Shown piece by piece: positions 9,821-20,187 of a stretch of 64,000 nt of DNA. Source of the stretch: Candidatus Poribacteria bacterium. GTDB taxonomy: Bacteria > Poribacteria > WGA-4E > PCPOR2b. Location: the NCBI GenBank assembly GCA_965218095.1, contig OZ244587.1:2528001-2592000 (forward strand). Direction: 5' to 3'. Under the pieces are notes generated by a model. It made no database searches. It worked only from the letters and a program-made list of their open reading frames with translations, and was not told the origin of the DNA. Positions within the stretch are counted from its first letter, which is position 1. Each line of letters opens with the position of its first letter. Both the position numbers and the translations under genes were made by a program.

Positions 9821-10929
9821 GAGGGGTGTGCATAGTAGTTCATTGGAAAACAGCCGCCATATGAGAGATATTGCGAGCAGGTAACTTCCATATGGCATTG
9901 GCAATCATAGCCACTTGCACTGATAACACCCCGATAGCTAAACAACAGCGTACATTGAAAAACCCCTTGACCGGTAACTGCTTCTGTTGAGGAGTGGTGC
10001 CTATCACTTTAGCAATCAAGTCAAACAACGGTTCAACCGAACTGCGACGTTTGCTTAAACAGAGACGCTGCTTGGGTTGGTTGATAAATCGATGATACGC
10101 CTTGGCAAACCGTCCCTTTGTCCATCTAAGTGCCGGGGTAATCAAAGCGACTTGTGCCTTCGCCCAACGACGGATACGGTCTGCTTGGGTATAGGCATCA
10201 TCGGCAGTGAGTGTCTGCGGTGAAAGTTGTGTCAGAATCTCAGACGCTTTAGCATCTATCGCCCAACTTTCGGAGACCGACGCACGGTGCACAGTTATCA
10301 GTGTTGGGAACGCACCTTGTGTGCAGATAATGTGAAGTCCGTAGCCATAGACCCAGCCATGATAACCACTCTTGCTCCACGTGGCATCGGTGTCGAGGTT
10401 GCGTAGATGTTTAGGTGCTTTTCCTGCTTTGCGGTCAGTTTGATGCCAGACGGGTCCTCGTGCCTTAAATAAACTTTTGTCGGCTACCAGATGAGCCAAG
10501 TTGAATTGTTGGGACAAGTCAGTGGCATACTGACCGATAAACAATACAAATGCCTCTATCACTTCATATAATGCCTTATAGCGACGTGCAATCGTGGTTC
10601 GATGAGGGGGCTGTTGCCACCCCAGCATTTGTAACACTTCTGGGTGATTGATTAGCCACCGCCATTGCGTTTTGAAGCCATAGATGCCGTGAAACTGCAT
10701 CAACATGAAGAAAATGATAAACGAGGTGGTTGAATATGTCAATGGTTTTGCGTGTGTGACACCTGGTTTGTCAATACGGTGTTGCATAAACTGCTCAAAG
10801 AGTTGCATAATAAGAGTGACATAATCAGCCAACATTGGTCTTTGTACCATATTGGGGCTCCTTTTGCTATGATAACAATAGGAAACCCTTTTGGCTTGAT
10901 TATGTCAACTATATTTATGCACACCCCTC
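9821..10929 (-). mobile_element. Complete IS element (DDE, IS982/IS4-like)
   Basis: TIR gaggggtgtgcata / tatgcacacccctc; direct repeat atgttactt at 9812-9820 and 10930-10938. Confidence 0.9.
9840..10850 (-). CDS. DDE transposase
   Basis: ADKS, DATWSKSGYHGWVYGYGLH, ADDAY, RRSSVEPLF. Confidence 0.9.
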   Translation of the reverse strand: MVQRPMLADYVTLIMQLFEQFMQHRIDKPGVTHAKPLTYSTTSFIIFFMLMQFHGIYGFKTQWRWLINHPEVLQMLGWQQPPHRTTIARRYKALYEVIEAFVLFIGQYATDLSQQFNLAHLVADKSLFKARGPVWHQTDRKAGKAPKHLRNLDTDATWSKSGYHGWVYGYGLHIICTQGAFPTLITVHRASVSESWAIDAKASEILTQLSPQTLTADDAYTQADRIRRWAKAQVALITPALRWTKGRFAKAYHRFINQPKQRLCLSKRRSSVEPLFDLIAKVIGTTPQQKQLPVKGFFNVRCCLAIGVLSVQVAMIANAIWKLPARNISHMAAVFQ

Positions 10930-11444
10930 ATGTTACTTAGAATTGTTTTTATTGTATGCATTGTAACCTGTTTGCTTGTGACGATAGGAACGTTTGTCAT
11001 CGCCTAGCAGACCGAAAAGCCTAATGACAAGAAATTTACTGTTTCGGTCAGTGCGAATGACGATAAGGTGAACAAACAGGCAGAAAGCTATATCAAGCGA
11101 GAACTTCGGAGTTTGGGAGACGTAAAAGTTGCTGATTATGGTGAATGGAGGCTCCAAATTCTGGCAATGGAGGACATAGTGGGAAGTGGTAGGAAGGTTG
11201 GATATACTTTAGCGGTTGTAGTTACACGCAGTGCAATCGTGTTAGCATCGGACGCGCTAAAGGAGTGGAAATCTAACACAGGCTTGTCGGTTGATTCGGA
11301 AAACGACGTCTATGCACACCTCCTCCTGAAGCTATTGAATGAGTATATTTATGAGAGGCTTTACGTCTATGCGCGTGGCGATACTCCTGGTAATGATTTG
11401 AGAGACAGTTGTGAAGCGGCTGTTACCAAGTTTGATATTAATTA

Positions 11445-12368
11445 ACCCAAGTTGCGACCTATTCATCGAATATGTGAGTGAACTCAGAGCTGATTGATAC
11501 TGCTAGCCAATACAAACAAGACCACTTTCAATTCAAATCCGTGTTGCGTTACTGCATAGATTGAACGTGGAAGCAGTTTGTTAATCAAACTGCCAGCCGT
11601 CTCAACAGACTTACGATGGTAATTAGCCAAGTAGGTCTCCCATGGTGGATACAGCCGCTTGGAATTCTTCTTGCGTACTGGCTTTAATTCGACTCCGACT
11701 GATGTAACAATATCTTCTATCTCATAATTATTGTATGCTTTGTCACCATAGCCCGGTGGCAAGTCGAAGTCAAACCACTGTAACCCTTCAACGTCCCCTG
11801 TACTGGCTGGGGTCACAAAAAATTCAACAGGGTGTCGACTCGCAGTCACTAGCAGATGAACTTTCAAGCCATAGAAATACCGACGTTTGGACGCTTGATA
11901 GCCTCGATATGCCTTATCGGTATAGATTTTTGACCGACGAATGCGGAACAAACAGCAATTGGTATGGTATCCAGTGCATAGATTTTCTGTTGATTAAGTT
12001 GCACATAGCTTCGTCCCAAGATTTTGAACAATGTGGTGAACATCGGTTTAATTCGATGAAGTCGTCGGTTGAATCGACTTTTTGAAAGCATCTTGGGTAT
12101 ATAGCCATGAGTCTTTAGAAAGTCACAAGTGGTTTGCAAGTTTGCCCCGAAGAACAACGCAGCGACGATGCCGGTGGTCATCACTTCGGCATCAGACATC
12201 TGCGTTTGTGGGTGTGGTTTTGAGTTGAGTGCTTCTAAGAGCTTGTCACAGAGATAGAAAATGGTTGCAATTTGGATGTCCATGGGTTTCTCCTTTGAGG
12301 TATTATGGTTTGGATTACCTCTACTTTAACGGAAAACCCATGGATTTTCAATTACTAGCAACTTGGGT
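11445..12368 (-). mobile_element. IS982 family element
   Basis: TIR acccaagttgc / gcaacttgggt; 9 bp TSD tattaatta on both sides. Confidence 0.9.
11484..12283 (-). pseudogene. IS982 transposase, frameshifted
   Basis: MSDAEVMT, LSKSRFNRR, then frameshift near 11950 into YFYGLKVH, YGDKAY, RKSVET. Confidence 0.85.
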
Positions 12369-12398
12369 TATTAATTACCTTGAGCCGAGGAGGTCAAA

Positions 12399-12650
12399 AT
12401 GAATAAGGATACACGAGGGAAGGATAAAACATCAAAACAGAAATATGTATGGATTGCTTTTACTTGCTCGGTTATAGTTCCTAGGGCAGGACAGTTTTAT
12501 AATGGGCACTATGGCAGATGCACCATTTTCCTTGTGTTATTTCTTATCGGCTTTCCGTTCCATCTCGATGTGAATTTCGTTGTAAGGTATGGCGGGTGGC
12601 TCTGTTCAATAATTGAAGCCACTGTTTCTGCTTACAGAACGAATTATTAA
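12399..12650 (+). CDS. Small membrane protein (TM2/DUF5683-like)
   Basis: SVIVPRAGQFYNGHYGR plus hydrophobic segments; GGAGG RBS. Confidence 0.55.
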   Translation: MNKDTRGKDKTSKQKYVWIAFTCSVIVPRAGQFYNGHYGRCTIFLVLFLIGFPFHLDVNFVVRYGGWLCSIIEATVSAYRTNY

Positions 12651-12758
12651 GTGAATAATGTCCATAACCGCAATTATCGGATAACAATCGAGAGTGGCGA
12701 AACTTCAAGAGATGGGAATTTGAGATAAACTAAACTATGGGATAGGAGATTTGTAACC

Positions 12759-13046
12759 ATGAGTAGATTACCCAAAATTGTCCGCAATCTCGCCGAAGAC
12801 AATTATTTGATTTACGAGTCTATAAAAAGAATGGCAGGAAAAACCATTAAAAAAGTACGCTATGGCACACGCGAAAGTATCAAAGGGGTACATGAAAGCG
12901 AAGTTTTGCATATCGAGTTTACGGATGGTGAGATTCTTGCCATAGATACAGGTTCAAATTTAATCGAGTTTCAATCAAAAATGAAGCCGGAGAATATTCA
13001 TATAGATTTCATGTTTACATGGGAACCCGAAACACCCAGTAGTTAG
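12759..13046 (+). CDS. Hypothetical protein
   Basis: AGGAG RBS, ATG start, 95 aa. Confidence 0.6.
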   Translation: MSRLPKIVRNLAEDNYLIYESIKRMAGKTIKKVRYGTRESIKGVHESEVLHIEFTDGEILAIDTGSNLIEFQSKMKPENIHIDFMFTWEPETPSS

Positions 13047-13218
13047 CTGTAGTTGTTTTGCAAATCATTATAGAAATGATAATTAAACTTATTGGATATT
13101 ATTGCCACTTTTGGCACAAAACGCAAAAATCAAACCCTGTATTCATGCGGGTCGCACCCAGAGAAAACTCTAAAAAATATGTCCGATAAGAAAATCGAAC
13201 TAGTCAGGAGGGGTAAGC

Positions 13219-13718
13219 ATGATTTATTTCATCTAAGAGGGAGAAAACGGTCCAATCAAGATAGGGTATTCAAACGATCCAGAACAGCGACTAGGCAAAC
13301 TTCAGGAAGGCAATCCTGAACCACTCAAGCTGATTGCAGTTATCCCCGGTGGTCGCGGGGAGAAAAGGCTATCCATAGAGATCTTCAGGTTTTTTGCTGT
13401 CGCGGTGAATGGTTTCATCCAAATAGAGAAGTTTTTGATTACATAGAAAGGGTTAAACAGGTTGATTATGAGTATGTTGATGGCGCGCTAGTCGCAATCC
13501 TCTGGCGCAGACACAATCATGGGCAGACCGCTTACTGTCCTTTCTGCGGAGTGCCACATCTCCATGAGGGGGAAGATGGTCATTACGAGGTAGCAGTAGC
13601 CTGTCAGCTATATTGGCGGAGGCCCTCCTTACATTTGTTGGCGTGTGATGGAACGGTCATAAAGCAGGCTGATGGGTACATCATTCGTACTGACAAGAAC
13701 CTTCCGATGGGGTTTTAG
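13219..13718 (+). pseudogene. GIY-YIG nuclease of T5orf172/MUG113 type, disrupted
   Basis: Reconstructed across a stop and frameshifts: MIYFI*..GPIKIGYSNDPEQRL..LQEGNP..IHRDL..RGEWF, with a C-terminal CPFC..H.H motif. Confidence 0.7.
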
Positions 13719-13829
13719 TCATGAAAACTCTCTATTTTTATCATGACTCACTTGCTTAAATTACCTTTCAGTTGGCAGTTCCAGCCGTGGAAGCCTACCT
13801 GAGTCATGGATGATGAAAGAAGATGAGCG

Positions 13830-14271
13830 GTGACAGCAATATACCGAATCTGGAATACGCGAAACGGCAAATCATATATCGGACAATCCAATTGTCCGTA
13901 TCACCGAATCCTAGAACATTTGATGCCCAATAGTTCAAAGGGCAACTCTGCAATCCATGCTGACCTGCTCAATTATCCGTCTGATTCGTGGCAGTGGGAG
14001 ATTATAGCCGATACTGGTGGTGAAAAGGCTTATAATCTTTGGTATATCAGCCTTTCTCAACTTGAGCGCCAATTTATCCATCAGTTTGACTCGGTTCGCA
14101 ATGGATATAACATTGTTGAAGGAAGTCCTGTGAACTACAGCCAAACACTTGATGAACCATATCTTTCATGGGGCATAAAAACTTTTCACCGTTCAGAGAT
14201 GCAACAAGTGATTTACAACGCTATTGAACGGCAGCAATTAGAGGAACAACGACAGCGGGATGTCAGCTACT
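13830..14271 (+). pseudogene. GIY-YIG endonuclease (Seg-like), truncated by IS
   Basis: AIYRIWNTRNGKSYIGQS..RILEH, LERQFIHQFDSVRNGYN; reads into the IS end at 14272. Confidence 0.75.
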
Positions 14272-15378
14272 TGAGGGGTGCTCATAAGTCCCCTTATCGA
14301 AAGAGTGTAATCAGATGTGTTACATTTCTCAGGGGTCTTCCCCAAATAGAATTGACTAACATAGCCAGTTGCAGTAAAACCACCCCCAGCATCAAAAAGG
14401 TAGAGACATTCGCTTTTCGACTCACCGGCAATTGCTTATGATTGGTATGGGTCGATAGTAATTGGCTCAACAATCCAAAGATAGGTTCAATAGCAACCTT
14501 GCGCTTGTGTTGATAGGTCTGCAACTGCGCCGATTGATTCACCGCTTCAACATAACGCCGTGCCCGCTGACTCTTTGCGCCTCTGACGGGAGTGATTAGC
14601 AACAGTCCCTGGTTCGCCAAGTGTTGGGTACGTTTCAAGTCGGTATAGCCGGCATCAGCGACTAAATACCCGATGTTCTGTTCAAGCAGTGTGTCGAGTT
14701 GTCGGTCAAGGACGGCTTTTTCACTCACACACGCGGTGTCAATGGCACTCATACGAGGCAATCCCTCTATAGAGACGGTCAGATGAAGCCCATAGCCGTA
14801 AACCCAACCGTGATAGTGACTCTTTGACCAACTGGCGTCTGTGTCAATGGCACGGATGCCAGTTGGGATGCGATTGGCATTTCTATCCTTCTGATGCCAG
14901 ACGCTTCCTTTTGCCTTAAACAGACTTTTGTCTTGGTAAACCACCTCTGGAGGTGAGTCAGGTATCAAAGTCATTCCCACATCACCGAGATACCCGATGA
15001 ACGCCTCTAGCTGGTAAGCGAGTTGTTTGTAGCGTCGGCAAAGGGTTGCCCGAGACGGAACACATGCCAGTTTAAGACGACACAGCCACTGCGGGTGTAG
15101 CTTGAGCCATCTGTGTTGTGCCTTAAAGCGATGGAGGCCTTTGAGCGTTAAGATGGCAAAAAGGACAATCAAGCAGTCGTCTGTATACGATTTCGGACGT
15201 CCATGGCTCTCAGGTGGCGGTGCATGGCTGGAAGCGTTGAAATGGTCAAGTTGTTCAAACAAAAATGTGATATAATACGTACTGTCAGGATAACCCATGT
15301 TATAATCCTCTCTTTCTTGCACGTTAGATTAGATTATAACCGTTATCCTGACTCAAGTCTACTTATGAGCACCCCTCA
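14272..15378 (-). mobile_element. IS element related to 9821-10929
   Basis: Perfect 18 bp TIR tgaggggtgctcataagt; no TSD visible. Confidence 0.9.
14294..15322 (-). CDS. DDE transposase
   Basis: DKSLFKA, DASWSKSHYHGWVYGYGLH, ADAGY, IEPIF. Confidence 0.9.
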   Translation of the reverse strand: MQEREDYNMGYPDSTYYITFLFEQLDHFNASSHAPPPESHGRPKSYTDDCLIVLFAILTLKGLHRFKAQHRWLKLHPQWLCRLKLACVPSRATLCRRYKQLAYQLEAFIGYLGDVGMTLIPDSPPEVVYQDKSLFKAKGSVWHQKDRNANRIPTGIRAIDTDASWSKSHYHGWVYGYGLHLTVSIEGLPRMSAIDTACVSEKAVLDRQLDTLLEQNIGYLVADAGYTDLKRTQHLANQGLLLITPVRGAKSQRARRYVEAVNQSAQLQTYQHKRKVAIEPIFGLLSQLLSTHTNHKQLPVSRKANVSTFLMLGVVLLQLAMLVNSIWGRPLRNVTHLITLFR

Positions 15379-15622
15379 GTTAAGTGAGGAGGAAAACTAC
15401 TATTACCAGGGGAGTTTAAAAGAGGCTCGGGATCGTTACGCTGAAGAGGAAACAGCTCGCATTCTGGGCAGAGAGGAAGGTAGAGAAGAAGGGGTGACGA
15501 TTGAGGAAAAGAGAAAGGCAGTCGAAATCGCGCAACAGCAGATGCCGTTGGAAACCATTCTGCAACTCACTGGATTAACGGCGGAAGAACTTCAACCCTT
15601 CTTATCTGCTGCACAAAATTGA
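15379..15622 (+). pseudogene. C-terminal fragment of an Rpn/PD-(D/E)XK family protein
   Basis: YQGSLKEARD...GREEGREEG...MPLETILQLTGLTAEEL. Confidence 0.7.
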
Positions 15623-15706
15623 TTCCCTACAGAGGATACGAATAATACAGATGTATCGAAATCAAGTGTCTTTGATATGCCCTTTTTCGTCAGAAAGAGA
15701 ACCAAA

Positions 15707-16609
15707 ATGCCACACTTTGTCGAACTCCAACCGCAACATCTAGGCGAATTGGCTGACTTTTGCAACCGAAACTTTGCATTTCATCAGGGACAATTTGAAA
15801 AGGAGATCCTGCAAAATCGGATTTTCGATGACCCGGATTATCGACCGGAACACGCCTTTCTCCTGCGCGAAAAAGGGAAAACAATCGGTTTTATGATTGG
15901 TGTGCTGCGTGGATATGACGCATGGCTGAAGCTCTTTGCTATTGATTGGGAGCATCGTCGATCAGGATTTGGGAGCATCATGTTGGCAGAGATGGAAGAT
16001 CTGGTTCGATCTGATGGCGCAGAGCAAATTCATATCTTGAATTCCTCGCCGTACTATTTCATGCCCGGCCTGGACGTGCGCTACACGGAGGCGTTGTGCT
16101 TTTTCCAATCACACGGCTACACTTTTGAGCGCTACGTCCACAACATGGTGGTGGATCTCACGGCGGATGATTTTGATACTACGCAGACAGAATCGAAGCT
16201 GGCGAGAGCGGGCATCAAGATCCGACGCTTAAAGCGCGAGGAGGAACAGATATTTTACGAATGGATGTCGGGGACCTGGAGCAAAAACTGGACGACGGAA
16301 TCGTGCAATTCGCTGAAAAACACCCCGGTGACCACCTTTATTGCACTCGATCGGGATGGAAATATCTGTGGCTTCGCCTCTTACGATGTGACGATGTTTC
16401 CCGGTGGATTTGGCCCCACGGGGGTGGAAGAACGGATGCGCGGCTTGGGAATCGGAAAAATCCTCTTCTTCCGTTGCCTCCACGATATGAAAGACCAGGG
16501 CTATCCGCGTTGTGAGATCGGGTGGGTCGGACCGATTTCCTTTTACGCCCACACCGCTGGCGCGAGAATATGTGCGACGTTTATGCAAGGAAGCAAGCCG
16601 GGTATATAG
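15707..16609 (+). CDS. Tandem GNAT N-acetyltransferase
   Basis: Two motif A regions: HRRSGFGS and MRGLGIGK. Confidence 0.85.
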   Translation: MPHFVELQPQHLGELADFCNRNFAFHQGQFEKEILQNRIFDDPDYRPEHAFLLREKGKTIGFMIGVLRGYDAWLKLFAIDWEHRRSGFGSIMLAEMEDLVRSDGAEQIHILNSSPYYFMPGLDVRYTEALCFFQSHGYTFERYVHNMVVDLTADDFDTTQTESKLARAGIKIRRLKREEEQIFYEWMSGTWSKNWTTESCNSLKNTPVTTFIALDRDGNICGFASYDVTMFPGGFGPTGVEERMRGLGIGKILFFRCLHDMKDQGYPRCEIGWVGPISFYAHTAGARICATFMQGSKPGI

Positions 16610-16659
16610 GGAGCAATTGCTGACGCAATATCATCGGCGTTGGCTCATGTCAAAAATAA

Positions 16660-16703
16660 GTGCAAAGAAACCGAGTTTCTCAGAGAAACTCGGTTTCTTT
16701 GCA
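16660..16703. repeat. Long palindrome, second copy at 43909-43941
   Basis: gtgcaaagaaaccgagtttct / agaaactcggtttctttgcac. Confidence 0.75.
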
Positions 16704-17501
16704 CGATTTCTTAACTTGTCTTCACATCCTGCAGTCACTGATCCTCCGCTGGTGGCCAGTTTATTCAGATTGTCTCAGTTTCGGCAACAAATAAAATTCG
16801 GCAGTCCCGACGCTGTTTGTTTCGAGAATCGAAATATCACAACTGCTTGCACTCTCGGTGCGAAGCACCGGAGGTCGTGGATCCACGATGTTGTAACCCT
16901 CGGAACGAGCGAACAACATCGGGCCTTTTCCTGCCTACTTTGGAAATATACAACAGCCATTTTACCCGTTTTTCACGCTCTGGTAACAAAAATCTCGGCT
17001 CATGTTAAGAAAACGTGAAAAGCAGTTTGTTACGCCGCATCGATAGCTCTCTCGTGGTGTCCCCCAGTATTGACTTGCTATTGCCCACATCTCGACTATG
17101 GAGGCACTAAATTCACCAAGAATCTGGTGAGAGAGGGAGAAACCCACACCTCGTATGGGTTGCCAGACTCATGGGTAAAAGTAAAACCCGAAGTCGGGGA
17201 AGAGACAGAAGGGGCGATACAATCGCATCAGAATTTCTTGGCAAAATCAAAAACGGAACCACCAAGCTGTTTTGAGTCCGGATTTATCGGGGACGCTAAG
17301 ACGCTAAAGAGAAGTGGCAGTCGCACTTGACAGTTGCAGTCAAATCCTGGCGCTTCTGCCACTGCTGCTACTGTGACTTTGCGCCTTCGCGATAGATTTC
17401 ATCGTGAGGGAGCGAGTCGGGAAATCCATGCCCAAGAACTTAGCAGATTTCCTGGGCTTTTGCAACTCACTTTTTACATGGATAGCTCAAGATTTCTAAA
17501 A

Positions 17502-19652
17502 TTACCCGACTGTTTGCCCAGACCATTGAAGCCACTTGATCGTTCCATCAGCACGAAACCCGCGACAGTTTACCGCCACAGGGTCCATATTGAGGCGAAA
17601 CTGAACGGACGTATCCCCAATACTGGCGCCGATTATGTCCGGTGCTTCAATGCACTTAACCGCCGGTAGATCAGCTTTGGGACTCCGCAAAGCTGAGGCG
17701 GATTCCTCGCCCGCCCGGCCAACCACGAGCACGCTCAACAGCAGACGGCGAGAAGTCGTTGGTGAGAAGTCGCAGGTCAAGTGCCACTGATTGGGCTGAG
17801 CCGCTTTGTTGGGACCGACATCAGGAGGTTCGCTGAACTGGTCCGTCTGGGAGATCTTGACCTCGCCGGGGTCTAGTAGATGAATTCGCGCCAGGGCGGG
17901 ACCGTTGGTGATAGTCACCACCCGCTGCTCGTCATCAACCTCAAACGGGTTCAATGCATGGAGCAGAAACTGGACAGATGCAGGCGCTTGCGTCTCCGTG
18001 TCGTCAAGTATGACGAAGGCGTTGGGTCTGACAAACACGATGTGACGCATGACCCGAACCACACCCTCACTGACAGCGCACAGTTCTGGATGGGGCACGA
18101 CCCCAGTCGTGTGGTTCGGGAGGCACGGCTGCTGGTATGCCTCCGTCGCGTCGCCTGCGGTGTAGTCGAAATCTGCCGTGGTGACAAAGGCGGTGATGCA
18201 CCCTGCGGCAGCGACGTTCATTACACCCTGACCTTTGCCATTGAACAGCAGGGCGTTGTGGGCGCGGGTCTGCTTTGTCCAACTGTAATCGTGGGGGCTT
18301 CCATACCAGGGATAATAACCGCTATCTATCAGCAAGGGTTGGCCGAAAGCCTCAAGCAGGAAAGCATTCTGGTCGGCGTGGCTGTGACTGAAGGAGCCGA
18401 AGTGGTTACTCTTAAACTGCAACATGATGTTGCGCTCCCCGTCTGCCAAGTTACTGTGCATGGCTACCCAATCAATGTCGCGCAGATGAATTGCCTGGGG
18501 GAGGTCGCTTGGGGGCTTTGGCGCCGGCGTCTGGGTCCAGGTCAGGAGATGGCTCAACGCGTGTTCGGCACCCCGCCCGCTGAAAGCCGGTCCTTCGATC
18601 TGGTCTGCGTACCACTGGTAGTGAGGGTCCTGATGAACCATGGCATAAATTTGCATAATCGACTTATGAAGTCCTTTAGGGCGATTATAGCCCGCATCGC
18701 CGAAGTTGGGACAGTTGCCATAAGGGGGTTGGAAATAAAGGAGATGTTTACCGTTGTTACACCCCCAAGGTGTGTTAAAGAAATTTACCTCCGTTGCCAC
18801 GTAGATGATTTGACAAATCGTTTGGAAGTTATGGGAGTGGATGTACCCGAAGCCCTGTGCCCAGCCGCCGTCATCCCCACCAAAGGTGGGGAAGGTCTGG
18901 TCCATATACGTGAAGATGTCCTTTAGCCACTCTTCCGCCTCGGGCTGGTGATGAAAGAGCGCCAGGGCAGCACGGACCATCCCTGGGGGGCCATAGACAT
19001 TGGGATGGCTGCCGAGCGGGTTGCGATACATGGCCTCTTGTACCGAAAGGGGATGGAACTCGCTTGCACGCGCAGCGAGGGCAGCGACAATCGCATCCCG
19101 TTCCTCAGCTACCAGTTCGTCCCATAGATAATCCAAAGCGGCAGCCAACACAGGAACAACGGAATGAAAACTGTGCGTGTTGGTGTAGCTGGTTATCGTC
19201 AAATCCAGCCCTGCCAATGCCCGCATTGACTGGCGCGCCTGCTCCAGGTAACGCCCGTCTCCACTGAGACGATAAACTAATGCTGAGCTTTCGACCAGCG
19301 GTGCTATTGCTCCGAAGGGTGCTTGAACTGCCGTGTTTGCCTCCATTCCCTCCTGGGTTTTGGAGTAACGCGAATCCCACGGGCCCAGATCGGGAGCATA
19401 GTAGTCAGGAGGAAATTCAAACTGAGGAAGCGGTTTGCCAAGACCCGCGTCGGCTCGCTCTTTTATCGTCTGGAAAATCTGAGCAAAAGAGGGCTCTTCC
19501 AACCGCGCCTTGAGTCGCTCAAAGTCGCCCGGTTTGAACAGGATGCGAGGATGCTCGTGCGGAATTCTCTGTCGGAGTTCAGCCCTGTTTGGGATGCGCG
19601 GTGCGCCCATCACTCGGCTATACATTGGTTGACTGGTCTTATCGTTGTCCAT
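17502..19652 (-). CDS. DUF4962 / heparinase II/III-like polysaccharide lyase
   Basis: HPRILF, DGGWAQG, PNFGD, SHSHADQNAF, IDSGYY, TRAHNALL. Confidence 0.85.
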   Translation of the reverse strand: MDNDKTSQPMYSRVMGAPRIPNRAELRQRIPHEHPRILFKPGDFERLKARLEEPSFAQIFQTIKERADAGLGKPLPQFEFPPDYYAPDLGPWDSRYSKTQEGMEANTAVQAPFGAIAPLVESSALVYRLSGDGRYLEQARQSMRALAGLDLTITSYTNTHSFHSVVPVLAAALDYLWDELVAEERDAIVAALAARASEFHPLSVQEAMYRNPLGSHPNVYGPPGMVRAALALFHHQPEAEEWLKDIFTYMDQTFPTFGGDDGGWAQGFGYIHSHNFQTICQIIYVATEVNFFNTPWGCNNGKHLLYFQPPYGNCPNFGDAGYNRPKGLHKSIMQIYAMVHQDPHYQWYADQIEGPAFSGRGAEHALSHLLTWTQTPAPKPPSDLPQAIHLRDIDWVAMHSNLADGERNIMLQFKSNHFGSFSHSHADQNAFLLEAFGQPLLIDSGYYPWYGSPHDYSWTKQTRAHNALLFNGKGQGVMNVAAAGCITAFVTTADFDYTAGDATEAYQQPCLPNHTTGVVPHPELCAVSEGVVRVMRHIVFVRPNAFVILDDTETQAPASVQFLLHALNPFEVDDEQRVVTITNGPALARIHLLDPGEVKISQTDQFSEPPDVGPNKAAQPNQWHLTCDFSPTTSRRLLLSVLVVGRAGEESASALRSPKADLPAVKCIEAPDIIGASIGDTSVQFRLNMDPVAVNCRGFRADGTIKWLQWSGQTVG

Positions 19653-19948
19653 AGGTGTGCCTTCTTGTTGTTTGATTTTCTAACTCAAGAATGGGCATAG
19701 AACACCATCCCATTTTGACGTAATTTTTTGACGTAATTTTTCCACTCATGGGAATTTATTTTCGGCCAAATCATAGGAAATATGAAATCCTCTTTAGTCG
19801 CTCGAAGCGATACGATTTGGCAAGTTGTTCAGCCGTTGGAGCTGGTTCATAAAAACCGAACAAGGCAAATCAACAGATTGGCAAAGTCTTGTAGCGATTG
19901 ATGATGTCGTAACACTGGTTTTGAGAATTTGTCTGTGATAAATGATTC

Positions 19949-20120
19949 CTAAACCCCACTGTCAAAGTAGCCGTCGACTACAGAATGCTTCAAATTGCCT
20001 GATGAATCACATTCCCATTTAGATACGGGTGCTGAAAAACATGAGTGCGTAATGCTCATTACCAACCATCTGTTTGGTTTCAGAACGCGGTGAATCTCTA
20101 ATATGCTTCCTTCATACGCC
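19949..20120 (-). pseudogene. Fragment of a class I SAM methyltransferase
   Basis: EIHRVLKPNRWLVMSITHSCF; no N-terminal SAM motif. Confidence 0.55.
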
Positions 20121-20187
20121 CTCATCCGTACACTCGCGGACGGAGTTTTCGGGAGGCACAACCGCTACCCGTCCGGTGTCCGGCGAC

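Larger units (their letters stand above)
10930..12402 (+). pseudogene. Secreted hypothetical protein disrupted by two IS elements and a nonsense codon
   Basis: MLLRIVFIVC...VIA*QTEKP continues in frame into ORF 11068-11445; C-terminus YLEPRRSK lies after the IS982 element. Confidence 0.7.

Noticed and set aside
16710-17500. Short overlapping ORFs as a possible transposase or ncRNA
   Set aside because: No motif, TIR or convincing fold could be supported by eye
17880-18926. 348 aa plus-strand ORF, and similar long antisense ORFs at 20410, 27138, 31758 and 51764
   Set aside because: They lie opposite well-supported genes and have no recognisable motifs
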